From Selaginella moellendorffii (taxonomy: Eukaryota; Plantae; Lycopodiophyta), in contig NW_003314328.1 in NCBI RefSeq assembly GCF_000143415.4, positions 709,889-773,888 of the forward strand: a DNA stretch of 64,000 bases. The letters run 5' to 3'. This document shows positions 1-12,746 of the stretch, piece by piece (within the stretch, counting starts at the first letter, position 1; each line of letters begins with the position of its first letter). The notes beneath the pieces are model-generated. The model searched no databases, was not told the origin of the DNA, and was given only the letters and a program-made list of their open reading frames with translations. The position numbers and the translations under genes were made by a program.

Positions 1-3000
1 CATCTTCTGCCAGTGAAGACATTCACGAGAATGTGGAAGAGGAGCAAACCAACGTCGCAGTGCAACATGAAGTTTCCCAACGCGAGGTTGAGATTGCCAT
101 ACCAGTAGAGGGAAGCCCGCAGCTCGTGAACGAAGCCGTCCAGGAGCCACAGCCTGTGCCTGAGGCCGTTCCCGAGCATGAGGCCGTGCCTGAAGCTGCC
201 GAAGAGGCTGCCATGGAGGTGGAACCGGCGGAGCCAGTCGTAGCTCAAGTACCAACTGCCACAGTGGATGACGTCTTACCCACACACGAGGAAATCAATG
301 AGGAAGAGAGCATAGAGCCGGCCAAGGTGGCTGTGGATGACCACGTGGAGAATGTCAAGCCCAGGGAGAGTGCTTCAGTCGCGATCCTGGACGAGGGAGA
401 AAAGTTGGCGGTGCCAGAGATTGAGAGTGCTGCACCGGATTCCATGCATGCGACAGATGCCACCTTGGAGGACACACAGCGAGCATCTTCTGCCAGTGAA
501 GACATTCACGAGAATGTGGAAGAGGAGCAAACCAACGTCGCAGTGCCACATGAAGTTTCCGAACGCGAGGTTGAGATTCCCGTCCCAGTAGAAGTACTCC
601 TGCAGTCAGGGAACGAAGAAGTCCAGGAGCCACAGCATGCGCTTGGGACCGTTCCCGAGCCAGAGGCCGTGCCTGAGGCTTCTGAAGAGGCTGCCAACGA
701 GGTGGAGTCGGCCGAGCCACTCGTAGCTCAAGAACCAACCGCCACAGTGGATGACATCTTACCCGCACACGAGGAAATCAAGGAGAAAGAGAGCATAGAG
801 CCGGCCAAGGTGGCTCTGGATGACCACGTGGAGAATGTCGAGTCCAGGGAGAGTGCTTCAGTCGCGATCCTGGACGAGGGAGAAAAGTTGGCGGTGCCAG
901 AGATTGACAGTGCTGCACCGGATTCCATGCATGCAACAGATGCCACCCTGGAGGACACACAGCGAGCATCTTCTGCCAGTGAAGACGTTCACGAGAACGT
1001 GGAAGAGGAGCAAGCGAACGTCGCGGTGCCACATCAAGTTTCCGAACGAGAGCTTGAGATTGCCGTCCCAGTAGAAGGACTCCCACAGTTGGTGAACGAA
1101 GAAGTCCAGCAGCCACAGCCTGTGCTTGAGGCCGTTCCCGAGACAGAGGCCGTGCCTGAGGCTTCTGAAGAGGCTGCCAAAGAGGTGCAACCAGCCGAGC
1201 CACTTGTAGCTCAAGTACCAACCGCGAAAGTGGATGACATCTTACCCACACACGAGGAAATCAAGGAGGAAGAGAGCATAGAGCCGGCCAAGGTGGCTGT
1301 GGATGACCACGTGGAGAATGTCGAGCCCAGGGAGAGTGCTTCAGTCGCGATCCTGCAGGAGGGAGAAAAGTTGGCGGTGCCAGAGATTGAGAGTGCTGCA
1401 CCGGATTCCATGCATGCGACAGATGCCACCCTGGAGGACACACAGCGAGCATCTTCTGCCAGTGAAGACATTGACGAGAACGTGGAAGAGGAGCAAACCA
1501 ACGTTGACGTGCCACATCCAGTATCCGAACGCGAGCTTGAGATTCCCATTCCAGTAGAAGGACTCCCGCAGTTGGGGAACATAGAAGTCCAGGAGCCAGA
1601 GCATGCGCTAGAGGCCGTTCTCGAGCTAGGGGCCGTGCCTGAGGCTTCTGAAGAGGCTCCCAAGGAGGTGGAACCGGCCGAGCCAGTCGTAGCTCAAGTA
1701 CCAACTGCCACAGTCGATGATGTCTTACCTGGACACGAGGAAATCAAGGAGGAAGAGAGCATAGAGCCGGCCAAGGTGGCTCTGGATGACCAGGTGGAGA
1801 ATGTCGAGCCCAGGGAGAGTGCTTCAGTCGCGATCCTGGATGAGGGAGAAAAGTTGGCGGTGCCAGAGATCGAGAGTGCTGCACCGGATTCCATGCATGC
1901 GACAGATGCCACCCTGGAGGACACACAGCGAGCATCTTCTGCCAGTGAAGACATTGACGAGAACGTGGAAGAGGAGCAAACCAACGTTGACGTGCCACAT
2001 CCAGTATCCGAACGCGAGCTTGAGATTCCCATTCCAGTAGAAGGACTCCCGCAGTTGGGCAACAAAGAAGTCCAGGAGCCAGAGCATGCGCTAGAGGCCG
2101 TTCTCGAGCTAGAGGCCGTGCCTGAGGCTTCTGAAGAGGCTCCCAAGGAGGTGGAACCGGCCGAGCCAGTCGTAGCTCAAGTACCAACTGCCACAGTCGA
2201 TGACGTCTTACCCGGACACGAGGAAATCAAGGAGGAAGGGAGCATAGAGCCGGCCAAGGTGGCTGTGGATGACCAAGTGGAGAATGTCGAGCGCAGGGAG
2301 AGTGCTTCAGTCGCAATCCCGGACGAGGGAGAAAAGTTGGCAGTGCCAGAGATGGAGAGTGGTGCACCGGATTCCGTGCATGCGACAGATGGCACAGTGG
2401 AGGAGTCACAGCGAGCATCTCCTGCCAGTGAGGGCATTCACGAAAACGTGGAAGAGGAGCAAACCAAAGTCGAGGTGCCAGATGAAGTTTCCAAACGTGA
2501 GGTCAAGCTTTCCGTCCCAGTAGAAGAACTCCTGCAGTCAGGGAACGAAGCCGTCCAGGAGCCACAGCCTGTGCTTGAGGCCGTGCCTGAGGATTCTGAA
2601 GAGGCTGCCAAGGAGGTGGAACCGGCCGAGGCAGTCGTAGCTCAAGTACCAACTGCCACAGTGGATGACGTCTTACCTGCACACGAGGAAATCAAGGAGG
2701 AAGAGAGCATAGAGCCGGCCAAGGTGGCTCTGGATGACCAGGTGGAGAATGTCGAGCCCAAGGAGAGTGCTTCAGTCGCGATCCTGGACGAGGGAGAAAA
2801 GTTGGCGGTGCCAGAGATCGAGAGTGGTGCACCGGATTCCATGCATGCGACAGATGCCACAGTGGAGGACACACAGCGAGCATCTTCTGCCAGTGAAGAC
2901 GTTCACGAGAACGTGGAAGAGGAGCAAGCGAACGTTGCGGTGCCACATCAAGTTTCCGAACGAGAGCTTGAGATTGCCGTCCCAGTAGAAGGACTCCCAC

Positions 3001-6000
3001 AGTTGGTGAACGAAGCCGTCCAGGAGCCACAACCTGTGCCTGAGGCCGTTCCCGAGCCAGAGGCCGTGCCTGAGGCTGCTGAAGAGGCTGCCAAGGAGGT
3101 GGAAGCGGCCAAGCCAGTCGTAGCTCAAGTACCAACCGCCACAGTGGATGACATCTTACCCACACACGAGGAAATCAAGGAGGAAGGGAGCATAGAGCCG
3201 GCCAAGGTGGCTCTGGATGACCACGTGGAGAATGTCGAGCCCAGGGAGAGTGCTTCAGTCGCGATCCTGGACGAGGGAGAAAAGTTGGCAGTGCCAGAGA
3301 TCGAGAGTGGTGCACCGGATTCCATGCATGCGACACATGGTACAATGGAGGACTCACAGCGAGCATCTTCTGCCATTGAGGACATTCACGAGAACGTGGA
3401 AGAGGAGCAAACAAAAGTCGAGGTGCCACATGAAGTTTCCGAACGCGAGGTCGAGCTTGCCGTCCCAGTGGAACATCTCCCACAGTCAGGGAACGAAGAA
3501 GTCCATGAGCCACAGCCTGTGCCTGAGGCCGTTCCCGAGCATGAGGCCGTGCCTGAGGCTGCTGAAGAGGCTTCCAAGGAGGTGGAACCGGCCGAGCCAG
3601 TCGTAGATGAAGTACCAACCGCCACAGTGGATGACATCTTACCCACACACGAGGAAATCAAGGAGGAAGGGAGCATAGAGCCGGCCAAGGTGGCTCTGGA
3701 TGACCAGGAGGAGAATGTCGAGCCCAGGGAGAGTGCTTCAGTCGCGATCCTGGACGAGGGAGAAAAGTTGGCGGTGCCAGAGATCGAGAGTGGTGCACCG
3801 GATTCCATGCATGCGACAGATGCCACTGTGGAGGACTCACAGCGAGCATCTTCTGCCAGTGAAGACATTCACGAGAATGTGGAAGAGGAGCAAACCAACG
3901 TTGACGTGCCACATCAAGTATCTGAACGCAAGGTTGAGATTCCCGTCCCAGTAGAAGGACTCCCACAGTCAGGGAACGAAGAAGTCCAGGAGCCACAGCC
4001 TGTGCCTGAGGCCGTTTCCGAGCCAGAGGCCGTGCCTGAGGCTTCTGAAGAGGCTCACAAGGATGTGGAAGCGGCCGAGCCAGTCGTAGCTCAAGTACCA
4101 ACCGCCACAGTGGATGACATCTTACGCGCACACGAGGAAATCAAGGAGGAAGAGAGCATAGAGCCGGCCAAGGTGGCTCTGGATGACCACGTGGAGAATG
4201 TCGAGCCCAGGGAGAGTGCTTCAGTCGCGATCCTGGACGAGGGAGAAAAGTTGGCGGTGCCAGAGATTGAGAGTTGTGCACCGGATTCCATGCATGCGAC
4301 AGATGCCACCGTGGAGGACACACAGCGAGCATCTTCTGCCAGTGAAGACATTAATGAGAACGTGGAAGAGGAGCAAACAAAAGTGTAGGTGCCACATGAA
4401 GTTTCCGAACGCGGGGTCGAGCTTGCCATCCCAGTAGAAGAACTCCTGCAGTCAGGGAACGAAGCTGTCCAGGATGCACAGCCTGTGCTTGAGGCCGTTC
4501 AGGCTTCTGAAGAGGCTGCCAACGAGGTGGAGTCGGCCGAGCCACTCGTAGCTCAAGTACCAACCGCCACAGTGGATGACGTCTTACCCGCACACGAGGA
4601 AATCAAGGAGAAAGAGAGCATAGAGCCGGCCAAGGTGGCTCTGGATGACCACGTGGAGAATGTCGAGTCCAGGGAGAGTGCTTCAGTCGCGATCCTGGAC
4701 GAGGGAGAAAAGTTGGCGGTGCCAGAGATTGACAGTGCTGCACCGGATTCCATGCATGCAACAGATGCCACCCTGGAGGACACACAGCGAGCATCTTCTG
4801 CCAGTGAAGACATTGACGAGAACGTGGAAGACGAACAAACCAACGTCGAGGTGCCACATTTAGTTTCCGAACGCAAGGTCAAGCTTGCCGTCCCAGTAGA
4901 AGAACTCCCACAGTCAGGGAACGAAGAAGTCCAGGAGCCACAGCCTGTGCTTGAGGCCGTTTCCGAGCTTGAGGCCGTGCCTGAGGCTTCTGAAGAGGCT
5001 GTCAAGGAGGTGGAACCGGCCGAGCCAGTCGTAGCTCAAGTACCAACCGCCACAGTGGATGACATCTTACCTGCACACGAGGAAATCAAGGAGGAAGAGA
5101 GCATAGAGCCGGCCAAGGTGGCTCTGGATGACAAGGTGGAGAATGTCGAGCCCCGGGAGTGTGCTTCAGTCGCGATCCTGCAGGAGGGAGAAGAGTTGGC
5201 GGTGCCAGAGATCGAGAGTGGTGCACCGGATTCCATGCATGCGACAGATGCCACAGTGGAGGACACACAGCGAGCATCTTCTGCCACTGAAGAAATTCAC
5301 GAGAACGGGGAAGAGGAGCAAAGCAATGTCGAAGTGCCACATGAAGTTTCCGAAGGGAAATTCGATCTTGCTGTCCCCGTAGAAGAACTCCCACAGTCGG
5401 GGAACGAAGAAGTCCAGGAGCCACAGCCTGTGCTTGAGGCCGTGCCTGAGGCTTCTGAAGAGGCTGTCAAGGAGGTGGAACCGGCCGAGCCAGTCGTAGC
5501 TCAAGTACCAACCGCCACAGTGGATGACATCTTACCCGCACATGAGGAAATCAAGGAGGAAGAGAGCATAGAGCCGGCCAAGGTGGCTCTGGATGACAAG
5601 GTGGAGAATGTCGAGCCCCGGGAGTGTGCTTCAGTCGCGATCCTGCAGGAGGGAGAAGAGTTGGCGGTGCCAGAGATCGAGAGTGGGTCACCGGATTCCA
5701 TGCATGCGACAGATGCCACCGTGGAGGACACACAGCGAGCATCTTCTGCCAGTGAAGACATTCACCAGAACGTGGAAGAGGAGAAAACCAACGGTTACGT
5801 GCCACATCAAGTATCCGAACGCGAGGTTGAGATTGCCATCCCAGTAGAAGGACTCCCGCAGTCGGGGAACGAAGACGTCCAGGAGCCAGAACATGCGCTT
5901 GAGGCCGTTCAGGCTTCTGAAGAGGCTGCCAACGAGGTGGAGTCGGCCGAGCCACTCGTAGCTCAAGTACCAACCGCCACAGTGGATGACGTCTTACCCG

Positions 6001-7690
6001 CACACGAGGAAATCAAGGAGAAAGAGAGCATAGAGCCGGCCAAGGTGGCTCTGGATGACCACGTGGAGAATGTCGAGTCCAGGGAGAGTGCTTCAGTCGC
6101 GATCCTGGACGAGGGAGAAAAGTTGGCGGTGCCAGAGATTGACAGTGCTGCACCGGATTCCATGCATGCAACAGATGCCACCCTGGAGGACACACAGCGA
6201 GCATCTTCTGCCAGTGAAGACGTTCACGAGAACGTGGAAGAGGAGCAAGCGAACGTCGCGGTGCCACATCAAGTTTCCGAACGAGAGCTTGAGATTGCCG
6301 TCCCAGTAGAAGGACTCCCACAGTTGGTGAACGAAGAAGTCCAGCAGCCACAGCCTGTGCTTGAGGCCGTTCCCGAGACAGAGGCCGTGCCTGAGGCTTC
6401 TGAAGAGGCTGCCAAAGAGGTGCAACCAGCCGAGCCACTTGTAGCTCAAGTACCAACCGCGAAAGTGGATGACATCTTACCCACACACGAGGAAATCAAG
6501 GAGGAAGAGAGCATAGAGCCGGCCAAGGTGGCTGTGGATGACCACGTGGAGAATGTCGAGCCCAGGGAGAGTGCTTCAGTCGCGATCCTGCAGGAGGGAG
6601 AAAAGTTGGCGGTGCCAGAGATCGAGAGTGCTGCACCGGATTCCATGCATGCGACAGATGCCACCCTGGAGGACACACAGCGAGCATCTTCTGCCAGTGA
6701 AGACATTGACGAGAACGTGGAAGAGGAGCAAACCAACGTTGACGTGCCACATCCAGTATCCGAACGCGAGCTTGAGATTCCCATTCCAGTAGAAGGACTC
6801 CCGCAGTTGGGCAACAAAGAAGTCCAGGAGCCAGAGCATGCGCTAGAGGCCGTTCTCGAGCTAGAGGCCGTGCCTGAGGCTTCTGAAGAGGCTCCCAAGG
6901 AGGTGGAACCGGCCGAGCCAGTCGTAGCTCAAGTACCAACTGCCACAGTCGATGACGTCTTACCCGGACACGAGGAAATCAAGGAGGAAGGGAGCATAGA
7001 GCCGGCCAAGGTGGCTGTGGATGACCAAGTGGAGAATGTCGAGCGCAGGGAGAGTGCTTCAGTCGCAATCCCGGACGAGGGAGAAAAGTTGGCAGTGCCA
7101 GAGATTGAGAGTTGTGCACCGGATTCCGTGCATGCGACAGATGCCACCGTGGAGGACACACAGCGAGCATCTCCTGCCAGTGAAGACATTAATGAGAACG
7201 TGGAAGAGGAGCAAACAAAAGTCGAGGTGCCAGATGAAGTTTCCAAACGTGAGGTCAAGCTTTCCGTCCCAGTAGAAGAACTCCTGCAGTCAGGGAACGA
7301 AGCTGTCCAGGATGCACAGCCTGTGCTTGAGGCCGTTTCCGAGCTTGAGGCCGTGCCTGAGGCTGCTGAAGAGGCTGCCAAGGAGGTGGAACCGGCCGAG
7401 GCAGTCGTAGCTCAAGTACCAATCCGCACAGTGGATGACGTCTTACCCGCACACAAGGAAATCAAGGAGGAAGAGAGCATAGAGCCGGCCAAGGTCGCTG
7501 TGGATGACCATGTGGAGAATGTCGAGCCCAGGGAGAGTGCTTCAGTCGCGATCCTGGACGAGGGAGAAAAGTTGGCGGTGCCAGAGATCGAGAGTGCTGC
7601 ACCGGATTCCATGCATGAGACAGATCGCACAGTGGAAGACACACAGCGAGCATCTCTTGCCAGTGAAGACATTCCCGAGCAAGTGGTAGA
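1..7690 (+). repeat. Coding tandem array, ~16 units of 483 bp (variants of 465 and 462 bp)
   Basis: Equivalent positions at 337, 820, 1303, 1786, 2269, 2734, 3217, 3700, 4183, 4645, 5128, 5593, 6055, 6538, 7021, 7504. All spacings are multiples of 3. Confidence 0.97.
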
Positions 7691-8201
7691 GGAGGAAGGC
7701 AATGTCGAAGAGCCACAGCAAGTTGAGCTCGAGCTGCCTGTCCAGAATGTCCCACAGGCTGCATGGGAGGCTGTTCAGGAGGCTTGGGACGTCCCGAAGC
7801 ATGAATCTGGTATTCAGGCTTTTGAGCTGGTGGCTGCCGAAAAAGATGTTGCCTTTTCACCAGCAACGGCCAGCGGCGTTCCTGATCCGACAGTTGACCC
7901 TTCTGGAGGAGGCGGTGGTGGCGGTGGCTTAGACATGAAAGTGAAGGATGAAAATCCATCTGGGGACTTCAGTGTTGTTGCTGTGACAACAATGACATGG
8001 GCAGATGGTAAGGAGCAGGTTTTGGGAGCTGTTGCTGTTCATCACGTGAAGGTGTTGTCATCTACTCTAGATGACGATTCTTGGGAGGAAGTGGCAGCTT
8101 CCGAACAATATGAACCAAATGGTCTTGGGAGCAGTAATGGTGGGACTCACAAGTTGGATCTGAACATCATTGAGGACTATGCTGGAGGCAAACAGTTGTA
8201 G
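3..8201 (+). CDS. Giant Glu/Val/Pro/Ala-rich tandem-repeat protein (~161-aa unit), 5'-partial, interrupted by an in-frame TAG at 4386-4388
   Basis: The frame is open from the window start. ORFs 33-4388 and 4389-8201 share one frame and are separated only by TAG (GTG TAG here vs GTC GAG in other units). The C-terminus after ~7690 is unique. Confidence 0.7.
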
Positions 8202-8206
8202 TGTGA

Positions 8207-8654
8207 TTGTTTACGAACTTCATAATGGCCATAGCATTGGCTTTGCTATTGTGGAATGCATTTGAAGTCATCAAACTGCAAAGTCGGACAAGCCAATCCA
8301 GATGTGTACCATTCTCTACTCACATCATCAACGGGGTGCTGGAAGGCTACGATGGTTTCCGAAGCGTTGCTCAAGTTCTTGTAGATGTTGGGGGGGCACT
8401 GGCTTGAGTGTGTCAAAGTTGTACTCAAAAACTGCTACAATACACTGTCAGTCGGTGGGAAAATCATAATCACGGACCATCCGCACCAGAAGGCAGCCAT
8501 CGATCAAGATCTGAGGATGCTAGTTTTCACTGGAGGGAAGCAGAAGAGTACAAGCGAGTGGAAAGATCTGCTCACGTCGCAAGGCTTCTCAAACGTCAAC
8601 TTCAAACCTCTCCCCGCAGTCAAGTTTGCAGCTGTCATCGAGGCCTTCAAGTAA
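8207..8654 (+). pseudogene. Deleted O-methyltransferase copy A
   Basis: Fragments HIINGVLEGYDGFRSVAQVLVDVGG and VLKNCYNTLSVGGKII...AAVIEAFK match the gene at 10928-12081, with large deletions and frameshifts. Confidence 0.9.
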
Positions 8655-9039
8655 GAAAAGTCTCTGAATGCAATAAATCCTTTGTCATCTTGTTGGTGGT
8701 GCACGCTCATATGGCCACCTACCAAGAGACCCATTCTTATTCTCTAATAAGAATCCTACTTCTCTACACGGCAACCTGAACCGGATGGACGTGTCAGGCG
8801 AGTGATTGGGAAAGGCGAGCAAGTGCGTGAGGGCCGAAAGCGGAGCCGACCCTCGACCCCAGTCCAACTCGTCTCCTAGGGGACATTCCCGGAGCAAAGC
8901 ACAAGCCCCTGCTCACAAAGGCCGTGGCAAATGGAGCGTAAGCGATACAGGGACTCTTCCAGAGAGGAGGAGGTTTTGCGGCTGCATTGGAGCCCCTTAA
9001 AGAACATATAAGAACAAGAAAAGCCGCGGTACCTTGTTT

Positions 9040-9175
9040 TACCATGGCTTTGTTAACTTATTATGCGTGCCGGCGTGGGAGAAAACACGTCCATGATCTA
9101 CGTGAACTTCCAGGTATGGTATCAGTGACAGTGAATGACAAACTCAGGAGGAAAAAATATTTTCGAACGTAAAAA
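9040..9175 (-). pseudogene. Remnant of the TIM21 3' end
   Basis: Sequence matches 12776-12832 (ccggcgtgggag..aacacgtcca..tacgtgaacttccaggt) and 13207-13260. Confidence 0.7.
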
Positions 9176-9194
9176 AGAAGCCAGTCACCAGCAG

Positions 9195-9565
9195 CAACAC
9201 CCACAGACGTCTTGCCTGCACACGACGAAATCAAGGAGTAAGAGAGCAATGAGGCGGGCGAGGCAGCTGTGGACGACCAGGTGGAGCATGCTGAGGTCGT
9301 GGAGGAGGAAGAAAAGGTGGCGGAGCCAGAGGTATCAAGCGTCGTGCCGGATTCCATGCATGGTACGGATCCCGTGATGGAGGAGACACTGGCAGCAGCT
9401 CCTTGAAGACATTCGAGGTTTGGCCCTTTCACCAGCAACGGCCAGAGGCGTTCGTGATCTGACAGTTGACCTTTCTGCAGGAGGCGGTGGTGGCAGTGGC
9501 CTAGACATGAAAGCAAAGGATGAAAATCCATCTGGAGAATTGCTGTGACAACAATGACATGGGCA
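9195..9565 (+). pseudogene. Remnant of the Glu-rich repeat gene (partial unit plus C-terminal tail)
   Basis: gacgtcttgcctgcacacgacgaaatcaaggag, ccggattccatgcatg and gacatgaaagcaaaggatgaaaatccatctgg match the repeat units and 7850-8000. Confidence 0.8.
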
Positions 9566-10119
9566 GGCTCATGGGAAAAGCATCTTTGAATCTGCTGCGA
9601 ACGACCCTGTTTTTGCAGACTTATGGTTCGGATTTCTTAATAGCTTTGGTCGCATCATCAACGGGGTGCTGGAAGGCTACGATGGTTTCCAAAGCGTTGC
9701 TCAAGTTCTTGTAGATGTTGGAGACGGCACTGGCCTGAGTGTGTCAAAGATTGTGCAAGCCTTTCCACACATCAAGGGAGTGAACTTTGATCTTCCACAT
9801 ACAATTGGAAGTGGCACTCAGAACTTTCACAATTGGAACAACGAAAAAGCTAAGGCTGTACTCAAAAACTGTTACAAAGCATTGCCAGTTGGTGGGAAAA
9901 TCATATATCCGATCCACAAGAAGGCAGAAGAAGACAGAAGAAGGCAGAAGAAGGCACCAGAAGGCAGTCGGCAATCAAGACCTAATGATGCTAGTTTTCA
10001 GCAGAGGAGTGCAAGTGAGTGGAGAGAGCAGCTCGCATTGCAAGGTTTCTCAAATGTCAACTTCAAACCTCTCTCCACAGTCAGTCAAGTTTCAAGCTGT
10101 CATCGAGGCATTCAAGTAA
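9565..10119 (+). pseudogene. Deleted O-methyltransferase copy B
   Basis: Near-identical to 11341-11606, then jumps to exon 3 (QNF/HNWN). Frameshifted in the 3' part. Confidence 0.9.
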
Positions 10120-10539
10120 GAAAGTCTTTGCATAATGGAGAAAGTCTCATTGTCAGCATCTTGTGGCTAGCATTAGTGATGATGGTGGAAGAGACTTTTG
10201 ATGATGTTGTCATGAGGCAGGGATGCCAAATTATTGAAGTTCAGAGTGACATTAAGAAAGTTAAGGATTCACCCACCAAGAGAAATCTGTAAAAGATCAT
10301 ACCCATCTCTAATAAGAATCCGACTTCTCTAAGATAATATCATTGGGTTGAGTATAGACCCTTGTAAAAGAAGAGATTGCAAGTAGGTTTTAAAATAAAG
10401 ACTTCATTGTTGATGTTGCAATGCCACTGATGTTCATTAGATTAGCATACCAAATCAGCTAGAAATAGAAAAACTGTACAATACAAGTTTTTCATTTCAA
10501 AGGGTGCATAATAAGAGAAGATCAAGCTTGCAAAGGAGT

Positions 10540-10870
10540 TAAAGAGGAGGAAAACAAATTTGAGGAGCCACAACAAGTTGAGCTCGAGCTGCCTGTCCAA
10601 AATGTCACGCAGGCTGCAAGGAAGGTTGTTTGGGAGCCGGAAGCTGCCAAAAGATGTTGGAGATGGTACTCTGAAAGGTTTTGCCCTTTCACCAGCAACT
10701 GCACTTCTCTATTTAACATTTTTTAAGTCTAAAATCTAGTAGCCCAGACATGAAAGCGAAGGATGAACATCCATCTAGGGAGTTACTGTCAACAATGACA
10801 TGGGCAGATGATAAGGAGGAGGTTTTGGGAGCTGTTGGTGTCCATCACGTGAAGGTGTTGTCATCTACGA
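10540..10870 (+). pseudogene. Second remnant of the Glu-rich gene C-terminal tail
   Basis: gagccacaacaagttgagctcgagctgcctgtcca and catcacgtgaaggtgttgtcatctac match 7710-8066. Confidence 0.8.
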
Positions 10871-10927
10871 ACTCCGCTTTATAAAGGTCATAGTATCATT
10901 AAGTTTTCTATTGTGAACAACCTTACT

Positions 10928-11609
10928 ATGGAGGCGCTAGATAGCTATCATATGATGCTCTCTCTTGCTGAATCGTTTTCTACTCCATTTGTGATTAAGG
11001 CAATCATCAAACTGGGAATACCCAATATTCTGGCGAAGTCGGACAAGCCAATCCACGTTGATGAGATATGTACCATTCTCCAAGCTGCAACAGGCCAGGC
11101 TCACAACTCGGAAATTGTCCGAAGGCTCATGCAATCTCTTTGCAGGAAGAACATATTTGAAGAGCAGCCCGCTGGAGTCTTTGGGCACAACTCTCTATCG
11201 CGCTGGCTCATAGACGGCACTCCAAAATCGTTCGCATCCTTATTCCTGTTGACAACCTCAGAGGCAGGGCAAGCTGCTTGGCACCATCTGCACGAACTGG
11301 CTTTGGAAGGGACTTCGTCTTCAACTTCTGCATTTGCTAAGGCTCATGGGAAAAGCATCTTTGAATTTGCTGCGAACGACCCTGTTTTTGCAGACTTATG
11401 GTTCGGATTTCTTAATAGCTTTGGTCACATCATCATCAACGGGGTGCTGGAAGGCTACGATGGTTTCCAAAGCGTTGCTCAAGTTCTTGTAGATGTTGGA
11501 GGGGGCACTGGCCTAAGTGTGTCAAAGATTGTGCAAGCCTTTCCACACATCAAGGGAGTGAACTTTGATCTTCCACATACAATTGCAAGTGGCACTCAAA
11601 ACTTTCCAG

Positions 11610-11661
<52 letters not shown>

Positions 11662-12081
11662 ATCTTTCTTTGAAATTTAGGAGTAGAACATATTGCTGGG
11701 GACATGTTTGAGTCCGTTCCAAAAGGGGATGCGATATACATGCAGGTGCGTGTAAGCTCAAGATAAAAGATGATACCCTGAGAGCTTTAGAATCTGCAGA
11801 AAGTTTTGCACAATTGGAACGACGAAAAGGCTAAAGCTGTACTCAAAAACTGCTACAATGCACTGCCAGTCGGTGGGAAAATCATAATCGTGGACCATAT
11901 ATTCGATCCACATCAGAAGACAGTCATCGATCAAGACCTGGGGATGCTAGTTTTCACTGGAGGGAAGCAGAGGAGTGCAAGCGAGTGGAGAGAGCTGCTC
12001 GCATCGCAAGGTTTCTCAAACGTCAACTTCAAACCTCTCCCCGCAGTCAAGTTTCAAGCTGTCATCGAGGCATTCAAGTGA
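10928..12081 (+). CDS. Class II (COMT-like) plant O-methyltransferase, 3 exons (10928-11609, 11681-11745, 11800-12081)
   Basis: Dimerisation N-terminus; motifs [39 protein letters not shown]. GT-AG introns join the exons in frame. Confidence 0.93.
11612..11660 (+). repeat. (CT)n microsatellite in OMT intron 1
   Basis: Direct inspection. Confidence 0.97.
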
Positions 12082-12746
12082 GAAAGACCTCTGCATAATG
12101 GAGAAAGTCTCACTGTCAGCATCTTATGGCCACCCATAAAAAAAAAAAAAAAAAATTTCTGTAAGAGATAATACCCATCTCTAATAAGAATCCTGCTTCT
12201 CTAAGATAATAACCATCGGGTAGTTTGTCGGGAATGCAGGCGAGTGATTGGGAAAGGCGAGCAAGTCGTGGTGCGCGAGGGCCGAAAGCTGCGGTAAAAA
12301 TCAGTGACAAGTTATATATCTCCTCTCCAATGTGCCGCAACTTGGCATTTGCCAGATTCACACTCCACAAGGGGTGCTTCAAGGGAGCCGACCCTCGATC
12401 CCAGTCCAACTCGTCTCTCACGGAGGGGAGATTCCCGGAGCAAAGCTTCCAAGCTCAAGCCCCTGCTCACAAAGGCCGCGGCAAATGGAGCGTGAGCGAG
12501 TATGGATACAAGGACGGGGACTCTTCCGGAGGAGCAGGAGGAGCGGCAAAGTTTTGAGGTTCCTCCAAATCCCTGGGGGGCATTGGAGCCCTCAAGGAGG
12601 AGGATACCACTACCACCACCAGGCAATAGAGAGCTCCCTTAAAGAACCATTGATCATTCATCACTGTAGCTGAGATAATATAAGAACAGGAAAAGGAAAA
12701 GCAAAACTGTCCCGCGGTACCTTGCTTTACAGAAACCATGGCTTTG

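Noticed and set aside
23-7959. Dozens of antisense and alternate-frame ORFs in the repeat array
   Set aside because: Shadows of the 483-bp coding repeat; they recur with its period.
9565-10119. OMT copy B as a processed retrocopy
   Set aside because: The junction removes exon 2 and is not at splice sites; flanking non-coding DNA is also duplicated, so it is a genomic deletion.
12200-12680. Possible small gene between OMT and TIM21
   Set aside because: Several overlapping short ORFs, no recognisable motif and no consistent splice model.
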